NCBI RefSeq assembly: GCF_009914755.1 | Contig: NC_060934.1 | From: the human T2T-CHM13v2.0 reference genome, Homo sapiens | Length of the DNA stretch: 64,000 bases | Strand: one strand, 5' to 3' | Shown: in pieces, positions 1 to 16,772 of the stretch | Position numbering within the stretch: position 1 is the first letter of the stretch | How the letters are laid out: each line of letters begins with the position of its first letter | Program-made: the position numbers and the translations under genes | Notes under the pieces: model-generated | What the model was told of the DNA's origin: nothing | Seen by the model: only the letters and a program-made list of their open reading frames with translations | The model's database searches: none

Positions 1-259
1 CTTTAGATCAATTTAGAAATAATTGATGTCCTGACAGGTTGAATCTTTCAATTCATGGATATGATTATGCTCTTTATTTATTTGGGCTTTCTTCTATTGT
101 GTCAGTAATGTTTTGTCTTCAGTTCAGTGGCTTTCTCATGTATTACGTTTTTTTTCTGAAATGATATTTCTATGTAATTGTAAGTTGTGTATTTAATATA
201 TAATATAAAATATATATAATATGAAATAAATATATATAATATTAAAAATATATTTTCAA

Positions 260-365
260 AACAGAGTCTTGCTATGTTGCACAGATTGATCTTCTGGGCT
301 CAAGCAATCCTCCACCTCTTCCTCCTGAGTAGCTGGGATTAGAGATGTGTGCCACTGCACCTGGC
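260..365 (-). mobile_element. Alu monomer fragment (FLAM/AluJ-like)
   Basis: gggctcaagcaatcctccacct...gtagctgggatt. Confidence 0.7.
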
Positions 366-1314
366 TTTTAAATAATATACTTTAAAAAAAATGCCTTTTC
401 CATTTCTTTGTTTCTGGTACATGGAAATATAATTGACTTTATTATTTTGATGACCTTACATCAAGCAAATTTACTTGGCATTGCTAATTTTTTGTTTGTA
501 AATTTATTTGTAATTTCTATGTATTCTGTGTTCTCTTTTAATATTTATTTTATTTCTTATTTTTCAATTCTTATAACTCAGTTTTCTCTTTATTGTTTTA
601 TTTCACTGGTTAGGATTTCCAGGACAGCGTTGAATAAATCATGATGGTGGGCATCCTTGTTTCATATATGATGTTCAGGATGGGTGGAGATTTAACATCT
701 CACCAGTGAGAATGATGTTTTATGTATATTTTCATAAGTAAAAAATCAGATTAGAGAAGGTTGCCTTCTACTTTTGATGACTTTTTTTGGTCTTGAATGT
801 GTATACAATTTGATCAAATGGAGTCTCTGCATCAATCGATATGGCCATATATTTTGTCCTGTCTATAGATATAATATATATATTAGTTAAAATACACACA
901 AATGTGCACACAGAGACATACACAGCTGGGTTTTATTTGCTATGATTTTCAGGATGTTTGAACTTATATTTACAAGAGACATTGGTTTGCAATTTTTCTT
1001 CCTCAAAATTTTCTTGTCAGATTTCTGATATTGAGGAAATGTTGGCTTCGTAAAATAAGGAAGATAATGTTCTGTATTGTGGTTGTTTTTATAATCTTTT
1101 CTCCCTTCTCTATTCTTTTTGTGCTCACTTAGTTCTGTCTTTGGAGTGACTCATAAATTTTGGTTAAGTGCCAGTTATGATGTATGAAAAAATGCAGAAT
1201 GTCAGATGAGGTTCATCTTCTTCCAGAAAGGGTTCATCCCTCCCATGCTAGGCAGACAGAATTATGCAACACCTTCTACCTTCATTCAGAATTAGATATC
1301 AACACAGTCAAAAA

Positions 1315-1781
1315 AAATTTTTTTTCAATTTTTTTTTTATTATACTTTAAGTTCTGGGATACATGTGCAGAATGTGCAGTTTTGTTACATAGGTATACAC
1401 GTGCCATGGTGGTTCGCTGCACCCATCAACCTGTCACCTACATTAGGTATTTCTCCTAATGTTATCCCTCCCCTAGCCCCAACATCCCCCACAGGCCCTG
1501 GTGTGTGATGTTACCCTCCCTGTGTCCTTATTGTTCAACTCCCACTTATAAGTGAGAACATGCGGTGTTTGGTTTTCTGATCTTGTGATAGTTTGCTGAG
1601 AATGATGGTTTCCAGCTTCATCAATGTCCCTGCAAAGGACATGAAGTCATCATTTTTTATGGTTGCATAGTATTCCATGGTGTATATGTGTCATATTTTC
1701 TTAATCTAGTCTATCATTGATGGACATTTGGGTTGGTTCCAAGTCTTTGCTATTGTGAATAGTGCCACAATAAACATACGA
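1315..1781 (-). mobile_element. 5'-truncated L1PA 3' end
   Basis: L1 3' UTR; TSD aacacagtcaaaaa at 1301-1314 and 1782-1795. Confidence 0.9.
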
Positions 1782-2089
1782 AACACAGTCAAAAATTGAC
1801 TGTAGCCATCAAAAATTGACTGTAACCTCTCTGAGTTCCCCCATGCCTGCAAGCCTGAGTAATTTTTGTCTCAACATCTTTTCCAGTGCCTTCTAACACA
1901 TGGTTTCTGTGTTTATTGAGACTTTTTAGTTGCTATTCTGCAAGCTGCTCCATTCCACTTGAAGCGAGTACATATTGCCATTATAAAGAAATAAAATAAT
2001 GAAAATTTAACTTTGAGAGGAAAAAGGATTGGAGTTTGATAAGGTTGAAATCACTATTGCCATCTTATAGGGAAGAGGGAATTCTGAAT

Positions 2090-2252
2090 GTCTGTATTGT
2101 GCCATATGGAATCCACTAGCCACAGGTACCTATTGAGCACCGGAAGTGTAATGAATGCAACTGAGGAAATGAATTTAAAATTTTATTTACTTTTCATTAC
2201 TTTAAATTTAAATACAAATAGCCATGGATCATTCATGGCTACCGTGCTACAG
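2090..2252 (+). mobile_element. MER3-like hAT-Charlie MITE
   Basis: ccactagccac...tattgagcac...gcaactgaggaa.tgaattt...tagcca...tggcta pattern. Confidence 0.55.
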
Positions 2253-2459
2253 AACACATATCTGATTGTTTAATTTTCTGTAATACAGGGTTAGAAATAT
2301 CTCATTCTCAATTATGTAATATTAAAAGCCTGAGTAGTTAAAAACCATTTAAGGTGGGTGTAATTTCATTTGGCTAAACATTTACTTGCGTGGAGTGAAT
2401 GTATTTATTTTCCTTATTTATCATACTTTGTATAAATATTAATGTTTTGCTAAAGAAAA

Positions 2460-2786
<327 letters not shown>

Positions 2787-3866
2787 TCAATTATATGGTA
2801 TCTCCCCACTCTCCACATTACTGGGAGTGTTAGAAAATCTGTAGCAACTATTATGTAGCATAATATCTTTCTAGAATGAATATATGTGTGTGTAGGTATA
2901 TAGTATACATATAATATATGGAAATGTGCATACATCTACATTTTAATCTATACATTTATCTGCATTTATCTATCATCTATCTACCTATGTAATCTAATCT
3001 GTCACATTTAACACCTAAGTACTTCAGTATATAATTCCCAAAAACAAGGACTTTCTCCTACATAATAATAATAACATTCACACTCAAGGAATTATTATCA
3101 ATACATTAATATTATCTAATATCTTATAACTACATTTTCCCAGTTATACTAAAATATCTCTTATAGCTTTTTTTTGATGGACTTCCTGTAGTCCAGTCAA
3201 GGAACAAGCTTTTAATTTGGTTATCTTGTTTTGTTAATCCTTCTTCATCACGAACAGTTTTTTTTAGTTTGTTTCACTTTAATACACTGACAGTTTTTAA
3301 AAGTCCTGTCCCCTTGTTATGTAAAATGTTGCTCAGTCTGGTTTTGTTAGAATTTTTTTTTGACAATTAGATTCCAGTTATGTGTTTTTGGCAAGAAAGT
3401 TACATAGGTGATGTTATATACGTGCCATTGCATCATATGTGCGGTCCACATTTTGTAAGCCTGTATCTGCTAGGTCTCTCCATTGTTGGGGTTCTGTTTT
3501 TCATATGCAGTTAATAAAAAGATGGCATGGTACTTTAAGATCCTGTGAATATTACTTTCCCAAATAATTTACCCAGTAGTTTTAAAGTTAATTGATGATC
3601 CTTGCCCGAATCTATGGTCCTACCTGAATGGCTGCAAAAATGATGATTTTTCTAAATTTATCCTTCCTTCTGTGTTTTTTAGGTTGGATTCATCTCTGAT
3701 GAAGAGTTCCCCCACGTGTTTTAACTAAAAGAAACATATAGCATTTCTGTGATCAACCCCTCAATAAATTTTAGTGTACTTGTTGATATCATCTCAGAAG
3801 TCATTTTTAATTAGATCAGACCTCCATTTTAAAAAACCCTATGAACAGATTCCAAATTCTCCTCAC

Positions 3867-5780
3867 TTTTTTTTTTTTAACAAAAGTTTTATTGGAGATA
3901 GAACCACCATGTACACAGGGAAAAGAGCACAAAAATTCAACTGATACAGAACAACAACTGAAAGTCACAATTACCCAATGTAGTTTGCAATTACTTTTCA
4001 GTTTCTTAAACAGCTCCCCTCAACTTGTTTTTTTAACAGTCTTGCTAATTTTTCAGCTGAAACAGCATCAAGTTTTCCAAAAATTAAGAGCCTCGGGAGG
4101 GGACCCGCTTTCAAGATACTGAAGGTGACATCAAGAGTCTCCTCCTAACAGGACCAACTCTATCTAAAAGTTGCTTACGAGTAACTTGAATCTTGTGTAA
4201 TAGTCTGCATCTCACAGACCATCATGGATGAGTTAGAACACTGTTGTTGATGGTCCAGTATGAAGAGAGGGCAACCAAATAGCTGTATTCGCTTGTCAGC
4301 TGAGCTCATATAAAGAAGTCAGTGAGGAGCTGAGAAAATATAGGCAATGGCTGCTCAATAAGAATTTTAAGTTCCGAATACCACATATAGGTAGACACCA
4401 GTGTGCAAGTTGATGCAACTAGAAAGAAACAGATGACTTTTTAAAATACCTGGCCACAGGTCTTTGAGAACTCAAGAAAATAATCAACAGTAGACACAAG
4501 AGTCAAAAATCTTCTCAGGTTGAAGATTAGGACATGGGTAATCTTCCTAACAGCTCCAACAGGCAAGGAAATATGCTGTGGCAAAAAGCATTAAGTAGTT
4601 CTGATTTTTAAAAAACAAAAACAAAATTTTCTGCTTCTCCTCCCTTCAAAGCTTCAAGGAAATAGAAACAAGGAAACAAAACAAAAACAAAAAAAACCAG
4701 TGATGGTAAAGAGAAGCCTTTTGCTTGAATTATCAATTCGAAAAACAGTAATTTTGCCATTTTGTATATATAAACAATCTTGGGACATTCTTCTGAAAAC
4801 TAGGTGTCCAGTGGCTAAGAGAACTCAATTTCAAGCACTTCTGAAAGGAACACCAGCATGACCCAGAATCTCAAATTCCCAAACAGGGGCTGCGTGGGAA
4901 AAATGAGGGAGGACTTTTGTATCTAGGGTTTTAGCAAGTTAAAATGAAGATGACAGGAAAGGCTTATTTATCAACAAAGAGAAGAGTTGGGATGCTTCTA
5001 AAAAAACTTTGGTAGAGAAAATAGGAATGCTAAATCCTAGGAAGCCTGTAACAATCTACAACTGGTCCAAGTTGAAGACAAAACTGTCCAAACAACATTT
5101 AAATCTAAAGTATGTTGAAAACTAGTTGAGAAGTTTTTGCTCCTGTAACAATTTACAAAACACGTTCATTTTGGTCTCTTTTGCAGTTTTCTTATTGTAT
5201 TCATTTTTAATATAAAGAGTTGGATTTTTCTCTTCTATGATGTTCCTCTAGTACAACTGATCATTAATTTTCTATTTTAGCTATTTTTATAAGTACTTGT
5301 TAATCAGCACAGTTAACTTGGGGCTAAGTCATATATACACATCCCATACTCATAAATGAAAATTTTTAGGATGTGAATATACAAGATATTATGTAAGCAA
5401 CTGTCCCCCTACTTGAAAACTTGTTTCCAAATAATGTTTTTTAAAAACATCCCTTTCAGTGTAACAGAACATTACCTAGTAAAATATCAATAGCTATGAC
5501 AATTCATTTCTCTTTTCAAGGGAAATCACAAAACAGGTGAACAACCAAGTCAAGGGTGGTTTTTCTGTTTGATAAATACATCCAGAACTCTGTACAGTAA
5601 ATAAAGTTTGCATGCAGTTTAAGTATCTTTAAATGACATTTTAAGTAAATAAACCTTTTGCTTCATAATTAGTGGTGTATAAGAACCCTCCCCACTTTTT
5701 AATAGCCACAGGGATCTCTTTCCCAGTTCCAAAGAGGAATTAATGAAGACCAGGTATGTTTAGAGGCTTCTATTTAAAAA
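3867..5780 (-). pseudogene. Processed retrocopy of an unidentified mRNA 3' UTR in CYP2C18 intron 7 (5' limit approximate)
   Basis: T12 at 3867-3878 with TTTATT (AATAAA on the - strand) at 3888-3893, then ~1.9 kb of UTR-like sequence with no recognisable repeat and no long ORF. Confidence 0.6.
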
Positions 5781-5787
5781 CTGTCTT

Positions 5788-8071
<2,284 letters not shown>

Positions 8072-8423
8072 GGTAATCCATGTGTGAGGTGTGTGAAAAC
8101 TGAAGTGATGAAATACAGCAGCAAGTGGGGATGTACACCAGGGTCCAAGCTTGATGATAAACCGGGATTCAGAAGGCTGCCCCCGAGTACTCAAATGCTC
8201 AGGACTTCAAGTGCAATTAATTGGAGGGGACTTCAGCAAAGTCACTGCCACTTGCCTTAAAGTCATACTGCTTCTTACTAGGTCTGTCTGGGTGGGAATG
8301 TAACTTCTTTGGACCTCAATTTTCTTATCTATTGATAAAAGAGATTGGACTAGGTGATTTCCATCACTTCTTCCCACTCTTTGACTTCTTTATAACTTAG
8401 TTTGTCTGTTTTGCTATTTTCAG

Positions 8424-8565
8424 GGCACGACCATAATAACATCCCTGACTTCTGTGCTGCACAATGACAAAGAATTCCCCAACCCAGAGATGTTTGACCC
8501 TGGCCACTTTCTGGATAAGAGTGGCAACTTTAAGAAAAGTGACTACTTCATGCCTTTCTCAGCAG
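8424..8565 (+). CDS. CYP2C18: CYP2C18 exon 8 (142 bp)
   Basis: ttttcag|GGCACG...TCAGCAG|gtaat; translates [47 protein letters not shown](G). Size and phase match CYP2C exon 8; ACG at 8427-8429 is Thr385. Confidence 0.96.
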
Positions 8566-10346
8566 GTAATAGATATTCATTTCCATCTGTCCTTCAGGGC
8601 ACATGATACCTTTTTGGGATCAGTTGACTCTTACATGATGCCACCTCTGAGGTTTGGCTGAATTGCTTTGCAGATCATTAGCACCATTCCCTATGCCCAT
8701 GCGATTTCCCTGCTGATGAACATCCCCATTATTGGGCCAGGTTAGTGGGGCTTTGGGGAGTTGATCCAGTTTTTCAAACTGAAAAAGCTAGAATGTAGGT
8801 TAATTTAATTCTGCCTCTAGATACATCACTGAGCTACCCAAGAGCTCTTCTTAATGGGTGAAACTTATTTAGACATTTCTCATCTGCCATGAGAAAAGTA
8901 TCTAATTCCACAACTTTGAATATCTTCCCTGTGGTGTCCCTAGCTCCCTAGACTGAGCTCTGGAGATACAAGTATCTGAGAGCAGAGAATGGGCTCTTAA
9001 GAGGCTCACTCCTGATTTAGAGAAGTAGACAAGTAAACAGATCATTGTAATCTAGTAGGAGGAAGGCTGCCAGAGGGGAAAGCGCAGGATGTTGGGGAGC
9101 TCAGTGGGGGAATCTGCCTGCTTCCTGCTCATTCATAGGCCATACCACTTCCAAGAGGAAGGAAACTTAAGCTGCCTCATTGCAGCAGGAAACAGGACAA
9201 GAAGAGAAGGCAAGGCACTTTTACAGAGGTAATGGACCATAGTAGCAGGACATTTTCTGTAGATCTAGGGGGTCAGAACCTACCAACAAATTTCAGGGTC
9301 AGGAAAACCCTGGGAATGTGGAAGGATAGTCTGCAATAATTCCAGAGCACCTTGATCTCCCTCCACTCATGATCATACATCTTGGATATTCAATCTCTAC
9401 AGCTAAAGTGTGTGGTGAGTCTGTGGACATAGAGTTCCCTTCATTTTTTCCTCTGGCTTTTGATCCCTGCTTTGGATCTGGCACTGTATACACTGAGATG
9501 TCAAGAACTAAGGCCTTCTTTTAAGGATTTCACGTTTTAGCAAGATAGAAAAGTAAATACACAGATAATAGAATTCCCGGTGATCTATGCTCCAGTGGAA
9601 GCATGAATATGATGAGGAAACCTAGAGAGGGTGAGTTTCTATTGACTAGGGATCACAGAAATCATAAAGAGGAAATGACATGGGGCATAGCTTCTGAAGG
9701 AAGCATAGGAGTAGAGCTTTTTAGGCAGATGTGACAGCAAGAGATAAAGCTTGAAACTTTGTGGTGTGTTGGAAATTGATGAAGAATGGATATGCCTAGA
9801 GCTGAGAGTGGAGGAGATGAAGAATGGAAGGAGTGATATAGAACATCAGACTGGGAACAGAATGTGAAGAGTCAGGTCAAGCCATTTGGCCTTTATCCCA
9901 TAGGACAGATGGGTGTTGTTTAAAGTTGTAAAATGAGAGACTGACATGTTTAGACATGTACTTTTGAAAGTACACTAGGAAAAAAAATCTTTGGCTAAAC
10001 ATTGTGCCAGAAGTACAAAGGGGAACACACTATATGAGCCTTCTCTTTTCAGCCCATCTTCCCTGTGAATGCATTTCTAGAAAAAGACTGATGGAAACTT
10101 GTAGTGTCAAAAGAGCAGTTATAACGTGGGAACACTTAGTGAAGTGCATGGCATAGAGCTGATACTCCATAAATATTTGTTGAGTGAAGGGTGCCTAGTA
10201 AAATAAGATATTAAGTAGATAGGAAGTGTATTCATTTTTGTTTTTCTGTGTATCCAGCCATCCTTCCAGTCATTCTGCCTTCGATCCATCCATCTATTTA
10301 ATCATTTATCAAATAGTTACTGCATACTCTTTGTGACTGTTCATGA

Positions 10347-10571
<225 letters not shown>

Positions 10572-10900
10572 AGAAGGGCAGATAGTTTGGCTGCTCCTGT
10601 GTTGTCACCTGCAATTCTCCCTTATCAGGGCCATTGGCCTCTCCCTTCTCTCTGTGAGGGATATTTTCTCTGACTTGTCAATCCACATCTTCCCATTCCC
10701 TCAAGATCCAATGAACATCCAACCTCCATTAAAGAGAGTTTCTTGGGTCACTTCCTAAATATATCTGCTATTCTCCATACTCTGTATCACTTGTATTGAC
10801 CACCACATATGCTAATACCTATCTACTGCTGAGTTGTCAGTATGTTATCACTAGAAAACAAAGAAAAATGATTAATAAATGACAATTCAGAGCCATTTAT
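10572..10900 (+). other. CYP2C18: CYP2C18 3' UTR (proximal part; 3' end approximate)
   Basis: Follows the stop codon, resembles CYP2C9/19 3' UTRs, and contains ATTAAA and AATAAA. Confidence 0.75.
10728..10879 (+). terminator. Candidate tandem polyadenylation signals ATTAAA (10728-10733) and AATAAA (10874-10879)
   Basis: Hexamers read directly downstream of the CYP2C18 stop codon. Confidence 0.65.
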
Positions 10901-11799
10901 TCTCTGCATGCTCTAGATAAAAATGATTATTATTTACTGGGTCAGTTCTTAGATTTCTTTCTTTTGAGTAAAATGAAAGTAAGAAATGAAAGAAAATAGA
11001 ATGTGAAGAGGCTGTGCTGGCCCTCATAGTGTTAAGCACAAAAAGGGAGAAAGGTAAGAGGGTAGGAAAGCTGTTTTAGCTAAATGCCACCTAGAGTTAT
11101 TGGAGGTCTGAATTTGGAAAAAAAAACTATGTCCAGGAGCAGCTGTAACCTGTAGGGAAATACTGGAACAATCATCCATAAGAGGGATGAACATTAAGTG
11201 TTTGAATTCATGCTCTGCTTTTGTGTTACTGTAAACACAAGATCAAGATTTGGATAATCTTTTTCCTTTGTGTTTCCAACTTAGATCATGTCTAAATATA
11301 TGCTTTCATATGGCTAATCATGTGTTAATGACTGTTATTTTTCTCTTCCAAACAAGAGCAAAATCTCCAGAAATCCTCACCAGGCTTTATTTTTTTTCTA
11401 TTTTGCACTGCATACTTTTATTTTACTGAACATAAATGCAATGGTAATTAGATGCTATGATCCTGAAATTATTAGCCTTATGTCAACTCTAAAGCTTAAA
11501 CAAGTGAACAAATCATACACATCAAATTCTAGTCATCTTTTTTCCTTCCTTCTGTCTTGAAGTGTATGAAATGAGAAGTGACACATTAACCTTTTCCCAG
11601 CTCATCTCCAAGAGAAAGTCCTTTATACTTATCATGCATTTGTAAGATAACTCATGTGTATAGTTTTATAAACACACACGCACATATGTCTGCATAGGTG
11701 TATATTTACATATAATATATACACATGTATATATGAGATTGATAGTGGTTCTTTAATATAATGAGTTCATATTACACATATTATTATATTATACAACTT

Positions 11800-12130
11800 G
11801 CTCTTTTTTTTAACTTTTATTTTAGGAGGTACACATGCAGGTTTGTTATATAGGTAAACTCATGTCACGGGTTTTTTGTACAGATTATGTCATCACCCAG
11901 GTACTAAGCCTAGTACTCAATAGTGATTTTTTTTTGCTCCTCTCCCTCCTCCCACCCTCCACCCTCATGCTGTCCCTAGTGTCTGTTGTTCCCTTCTTTT
12001 TACTCATGAGTTCTCATCAATTAGCTCCCACTTATAAGCAAGAACATGTGGTATTTAGTTTTCTGTTTCTGTTAGTTTGCTAATGATAATGGCCTCCAGA
12101 TCCTTCAATTTTCCTGCAAAAGACATGTTT
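11800..12130 (-). mobile_element. L1 3' end fragment
   Basis: acatgcaggtttgtta...cccacttataag L1 3' UTR. Confidence 0.8.
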
Positions 12131-15100
12131 TGTAATAAACAATATGCCAGGAAAACTTCCAAGGTAGTAGAAACCTGACAAGTCATTTCATTGGGCAGAT
12201 TACGGAAGAAAATATGAAATGGCTATTAAAAGTATTAAAATAGCTTAAAAATAAAAAGTATACATTAAAGCTACATTACTTGTAGTATTAGCAGTAAAAC
12301 AGACATTTCCTTATTGAAGTAATAGATAATATAGAGCAACTTTTTCACCAACACTACTATCCCATGACTGTGTTGAGCTTAAAGCAGGGAGTGAGCAGTG
12401 GTTGTATTAGCAATGTTGCCCGAAGTTACCCTCCAGGTGGATTAAAGATTCTCTAAGTTAAGTGAAAATCATAGGCATTAATAGTGATAAGAGTCTTATG
12501 ATATGGAGTCTTTTTCTAGTGTTGTGGGAAATGCTGTCAATAGCATGAAGCCATGAAGCCATCAACTTCTCATCCTGGTTTGCAGTTTGAATGTCTCTGG
12601 TTATGGGCATTGGGAGGTTTGGTAAATTTTCTGTGTGCTCCACACATCAGGAATGAGACTCATCCCTTAAAATTAATCTAGTTTCAGATTATAGGGTTTC
12701 AGGAACAGATCAGTTCCCAGTTTTACTAATTTCATAGAAGAAAATGGGATTAGAGAAATCTAGAAGAATTCAGGATCTAGTCTAGTCTGTAGATAGATAA
12801 CAAGAACTAGAAAACAATGCACAGGTCTACAATCCAGTAACAGATGTAACTTTTCTCTACAAACATACTTTTTCTCTCTACATTGATCACAGAGGAATCT
12901 CAGATTTGTTGTTTATTTCTTTTTTTTAACTTTTAGGTTCAAGGTACATGTGCAGGTTTGGTATGCAGGTTAATTTCATGTCACAGGAGTTTAGTATACA
13001 GATTATTATTTCATCACCCAGGTAATAAGCATAGTACTTGATAGGCAGTTTTTCGATTTTCACCCTCCATCGTCAAGTAGGCCCCAGGGTCTCTTGTTCC
13101 CTTCTTTGTGCCCATGTGTTCTCCATGTTTAGCTCCCACTTATAAGTGAGAACATGCACTACTTGGTTTTCTGTTCCTGTGTTAGTTCTCTTAGAATAAT
13201 GGCCGCCAGCTCCATCCATGTTCCTGCAAAGGATGTGATCTTGTTCTTTTTTATGTCTGTGTAGTATTCCTCAGTGTATATGTACACATTTTCTTTATCC
13301 AGTATACCATTGATGGGCATTTAAGTTGATTCCATGTTCTTGCTATTGTGAATATTGCTGCAATGAACATGTGCATGCATACATATGTCTTTATGGTAGA
13401 ACAATTTATATTCCTTTGGGTAGTATATACCCAGTAATGGGATGGCTGAGTTGAGTGGTAATTGTGTTTTAAGTTCTTTGATAAATCACCCAAGTGCTTT
13501 CCAAAGTGGCTGAACTAATTTAGATTCCCACCAGGAGTCTATAAGCATTCCTTTTTCTCTGCAGTCTTGCTAGCATCTGTTATTTTTTGAGTTTTTATTA
13601 TGATAGCCACTCTGACTGGTGTGAGATGGTATGTCATTGTGGTTTTGATTGGCACTTCTCTAATGGTTAGTGATGTTGGGCATTTTTAAGTGTTCATTGG
13701 CTGTATGTATGACTTCTTTTGAAAAGTGTCTGTTCATGTTCTTTGCCCACTTTTTAATGGGATTGTTAATTTTTTGCTTTTTAATTTGTTTAAATTCCTC
13801 ATGGGTTCTGGATATTAGACCTTTGTTGGGTGCATAGTTTGCAAATATTTTCTCCCATTCTGTAGGCTGTCTCTTTACTTTGTTGGTAGTTTCTTTTGCT
13901 GTGGAGAAGCTCTTTAGTTTATTTAGGTCTCATTTGTCAATGTTTGCATTTGTTGCAATCACTTTTGGCATCTTTATCATGAAATCTTTGCCAGGCCTTA
14001 TGTCCAGAATGGTATTTCCTAGATTATCCTCCGAGGTGTTTACAGTTTTAGGTTTTATATATAAGTCTTTAATTCATCTTGACTTTTGTATATGGTGAAA
14101 GGAAGGGATCCGCTTTCAGTCATCTGCATATGGCTTGCCAATTATTTCAGCACCATTTATTGAAGAGGGAGTCCTTTTCCCATTGCTTGTTTTTGTTGAC
14201 TTTGTTGAAGATCAGATGGATGTAGGTGTGTAGCATTATTTATGGGCTCTGTATGTTGTTCCATTGGCCTATGTGTCTGTTTTTGTACCAGTACCATGCT
14301 GTTTTGGTTATTGTAGCCTTATGGTATAGTTTGAAGTCAGGTAATGTGATGCCTTCATCTTTGTTCTTTTTGCTTAGGATTGCCTTGGCTATTCCGGCTC
14401 TTTTTTGGTTTCATATAAATTTAGCATAGTTTTTTTCTAATTCTGAGAAGAATGTCATTGATAGTTTATAGAAATAGCATTGAATCTATAAATTGTGTTG
14501 AGTAGTATGGCCATTTTAATAACATTGATTCTTCCAATCCATTAGCATGGAATGTTTTTCCATTTGCTTCTGTCATCTCTGATTTATTTCATCAATGTTT
14601 TGTGGTTTTCTTTGTAGCACTCTTTCACTTCCCTGGTTAGCTGTATTCCTAGATATTTTATTCTTTTTGTGGCTGTTGTGAATGGGATTGTGTTCTTGAT
14701 TTGGCTCTCAGCTTGGATGTTGTTGGTATATAGAAATGCTATGAATTGTTGTACATAAATCTTATTTCCCAAAACTTTGCTGAAATTGTTTATCAGATCA
14801 AGGAGCTTTTGGGTACAGACTTTGGGTTTTCTAGGCCTAGAATCATATCATCTGCAGTGATAGATTGACTTCCTGTCTTCCAATTTGGGTGAGTTTTATT
14901 TCTTTCTCTTGCCTGATTGCTCTGTCTAGGAATTCCAATACCATGTTTAATAGGAGTGGTAAGAGAGGGCAACCTTGCCTTGGTCCCGTTTTTAAGGGAA
15001 ATACTTCTAGCTTTTGCTCATTCAGTATATGTGGCTGTGGGTTTGTCACTGACCACTCTTATTCTTTTCTTTATTCCTCCTTTGTCTTTCTCTCTTTCTT

Positions 15101-16643
15101 TTTAAATTATTCTTGTTTATTGGATAAGATAGCTCTTACTATTTTGACATATGTTTCTTAAAAGCCTGCTTTGTTGAGGGGTTTTTAACATGAAGGGATG
15201 TAGGATTTTATCAAAGGCCTTTTCTGCATATATTGAGATAATCACATAGTTTTTGTTTTTAATTCCGTTTATGTGATGAATCACGTTTACTGATTCGTGT
15301 GCATTAAACCAATCTTACATACCAGAGATAAAGCCTAATTGACTGTAATGGATTAGCTGTTTAATGTGCTGCTGGATTCTGTTTGCTGGAATTTTGATGA
15401 GGATTTTTGCATCAATGTTCATCAAAGATACTGACCTGAAGTTTTTTTTTTTTTTTTTTTTTTTTTGGTGTGTTTGCGTCTGCCAAGTTTTAATATTGGG
15501 AAAATGTTGGCCTTAAAGAATGGGTTACTGAGGTATCCCTCCTCCTCATTTTTTGGGAATCATTTCCATAGTGATAGTTCCTGTTCTTTTATGCATCTGG
15601 TTGAATTCAGCTATTGATCCATCTGGTCCTGGGCTTTTTTTTTTTTTTTTTTTTCCCTGGTTGATAGGCTTTGTATTGCTAATTCAATTTTGGAACTCAT
15701 TATTGGTTTGTTCAAGGATTTGATTTCTTCCTGGTTCAATCTTGGGAGGTTGTATGTTTCCAGAAATTTGCCTGTTTCTTCTACGTTTCCCAGCTTGTAT
15801 GCAAAGAGTGTTTATGGTAGTCTCTGATGACTTTTGTATTCTTGTGGGTTTGGTGGTAATGTCCCCTTTTTCACTTCTTGTTGTGTTTATTTGGATGTTG
15901 TCTTTTTATTAGTGTAGCTAGCAGTCTATTGATCTTATTTATCCTTTCAAAAAACAAACTGGATTCATTGGTCCTTTATATGGTTTTTCATGTCTTGACT
16001 TCCTTCAGTTCAGCTCTGATTTTGGTTATTTCTTGTCTTCTGCTAGCTTTGGGGTTGGTTTGCTCATTGTTTTACTGGTTCCTCTAGGTGTGATGTTAGG
16101 TTTTAATTTGAGATCTTTCTAATTTTGTTTTGATTTCCAACTTTTATTTTAAATTCAGGGGTACTTGTGCAGGTTATGCAGCTTTGTCACATACTTAAAT
16201 GTCTGCCATGGTGGGGTAGCTGCACAGATCATTCCATTGCCTAGGTTTAAGCCCAACATCCATTAGCCATTCTTCCTGATGCTTTCCCTCCTCCCACTCC
16301 CAACCCTCTGACGGGTCCCAGTGTGTGTTTTTCCCTTCATGTGTCCAGGTATTCTCATCATTCAGCTCTGTCTTATAAGTGAGAACACGAGGTATTTGAT
16401 TTTCTGTTCCTGTGTTAGTTTGCTGAAGATAATGGCTTCCAGTTCCATCCATGTCCCTGCAAAGGACATAATCTTGTTCCTTTTTATGGCTGCATAGTAT
16501 TCCATTGTGTATATGTACCATATTTTCTTTATCCAGGCTATCATTGTTGGACATTTAGGTTGATTAGATGTATTTGCTACTGTGAATAGTGCTGCAATAA
16601 ACATACACATGCATGTATCTTTTATTTATTTATTTATTTTTGA

Positions 16644-16772
<129 letters not shown>

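Noticed and set aside
1790-1824. 15-bp direct repeat caaaaattgactgta next to the L1 TSD
   Set aside because: Short local duplication with no sign of function.
12130-12905. Unassigned stretch that may be an ERV internal fragment (also ~21450-21935)
   Set aside because: No diagnostic motif I can verify; needs a Dfam search.
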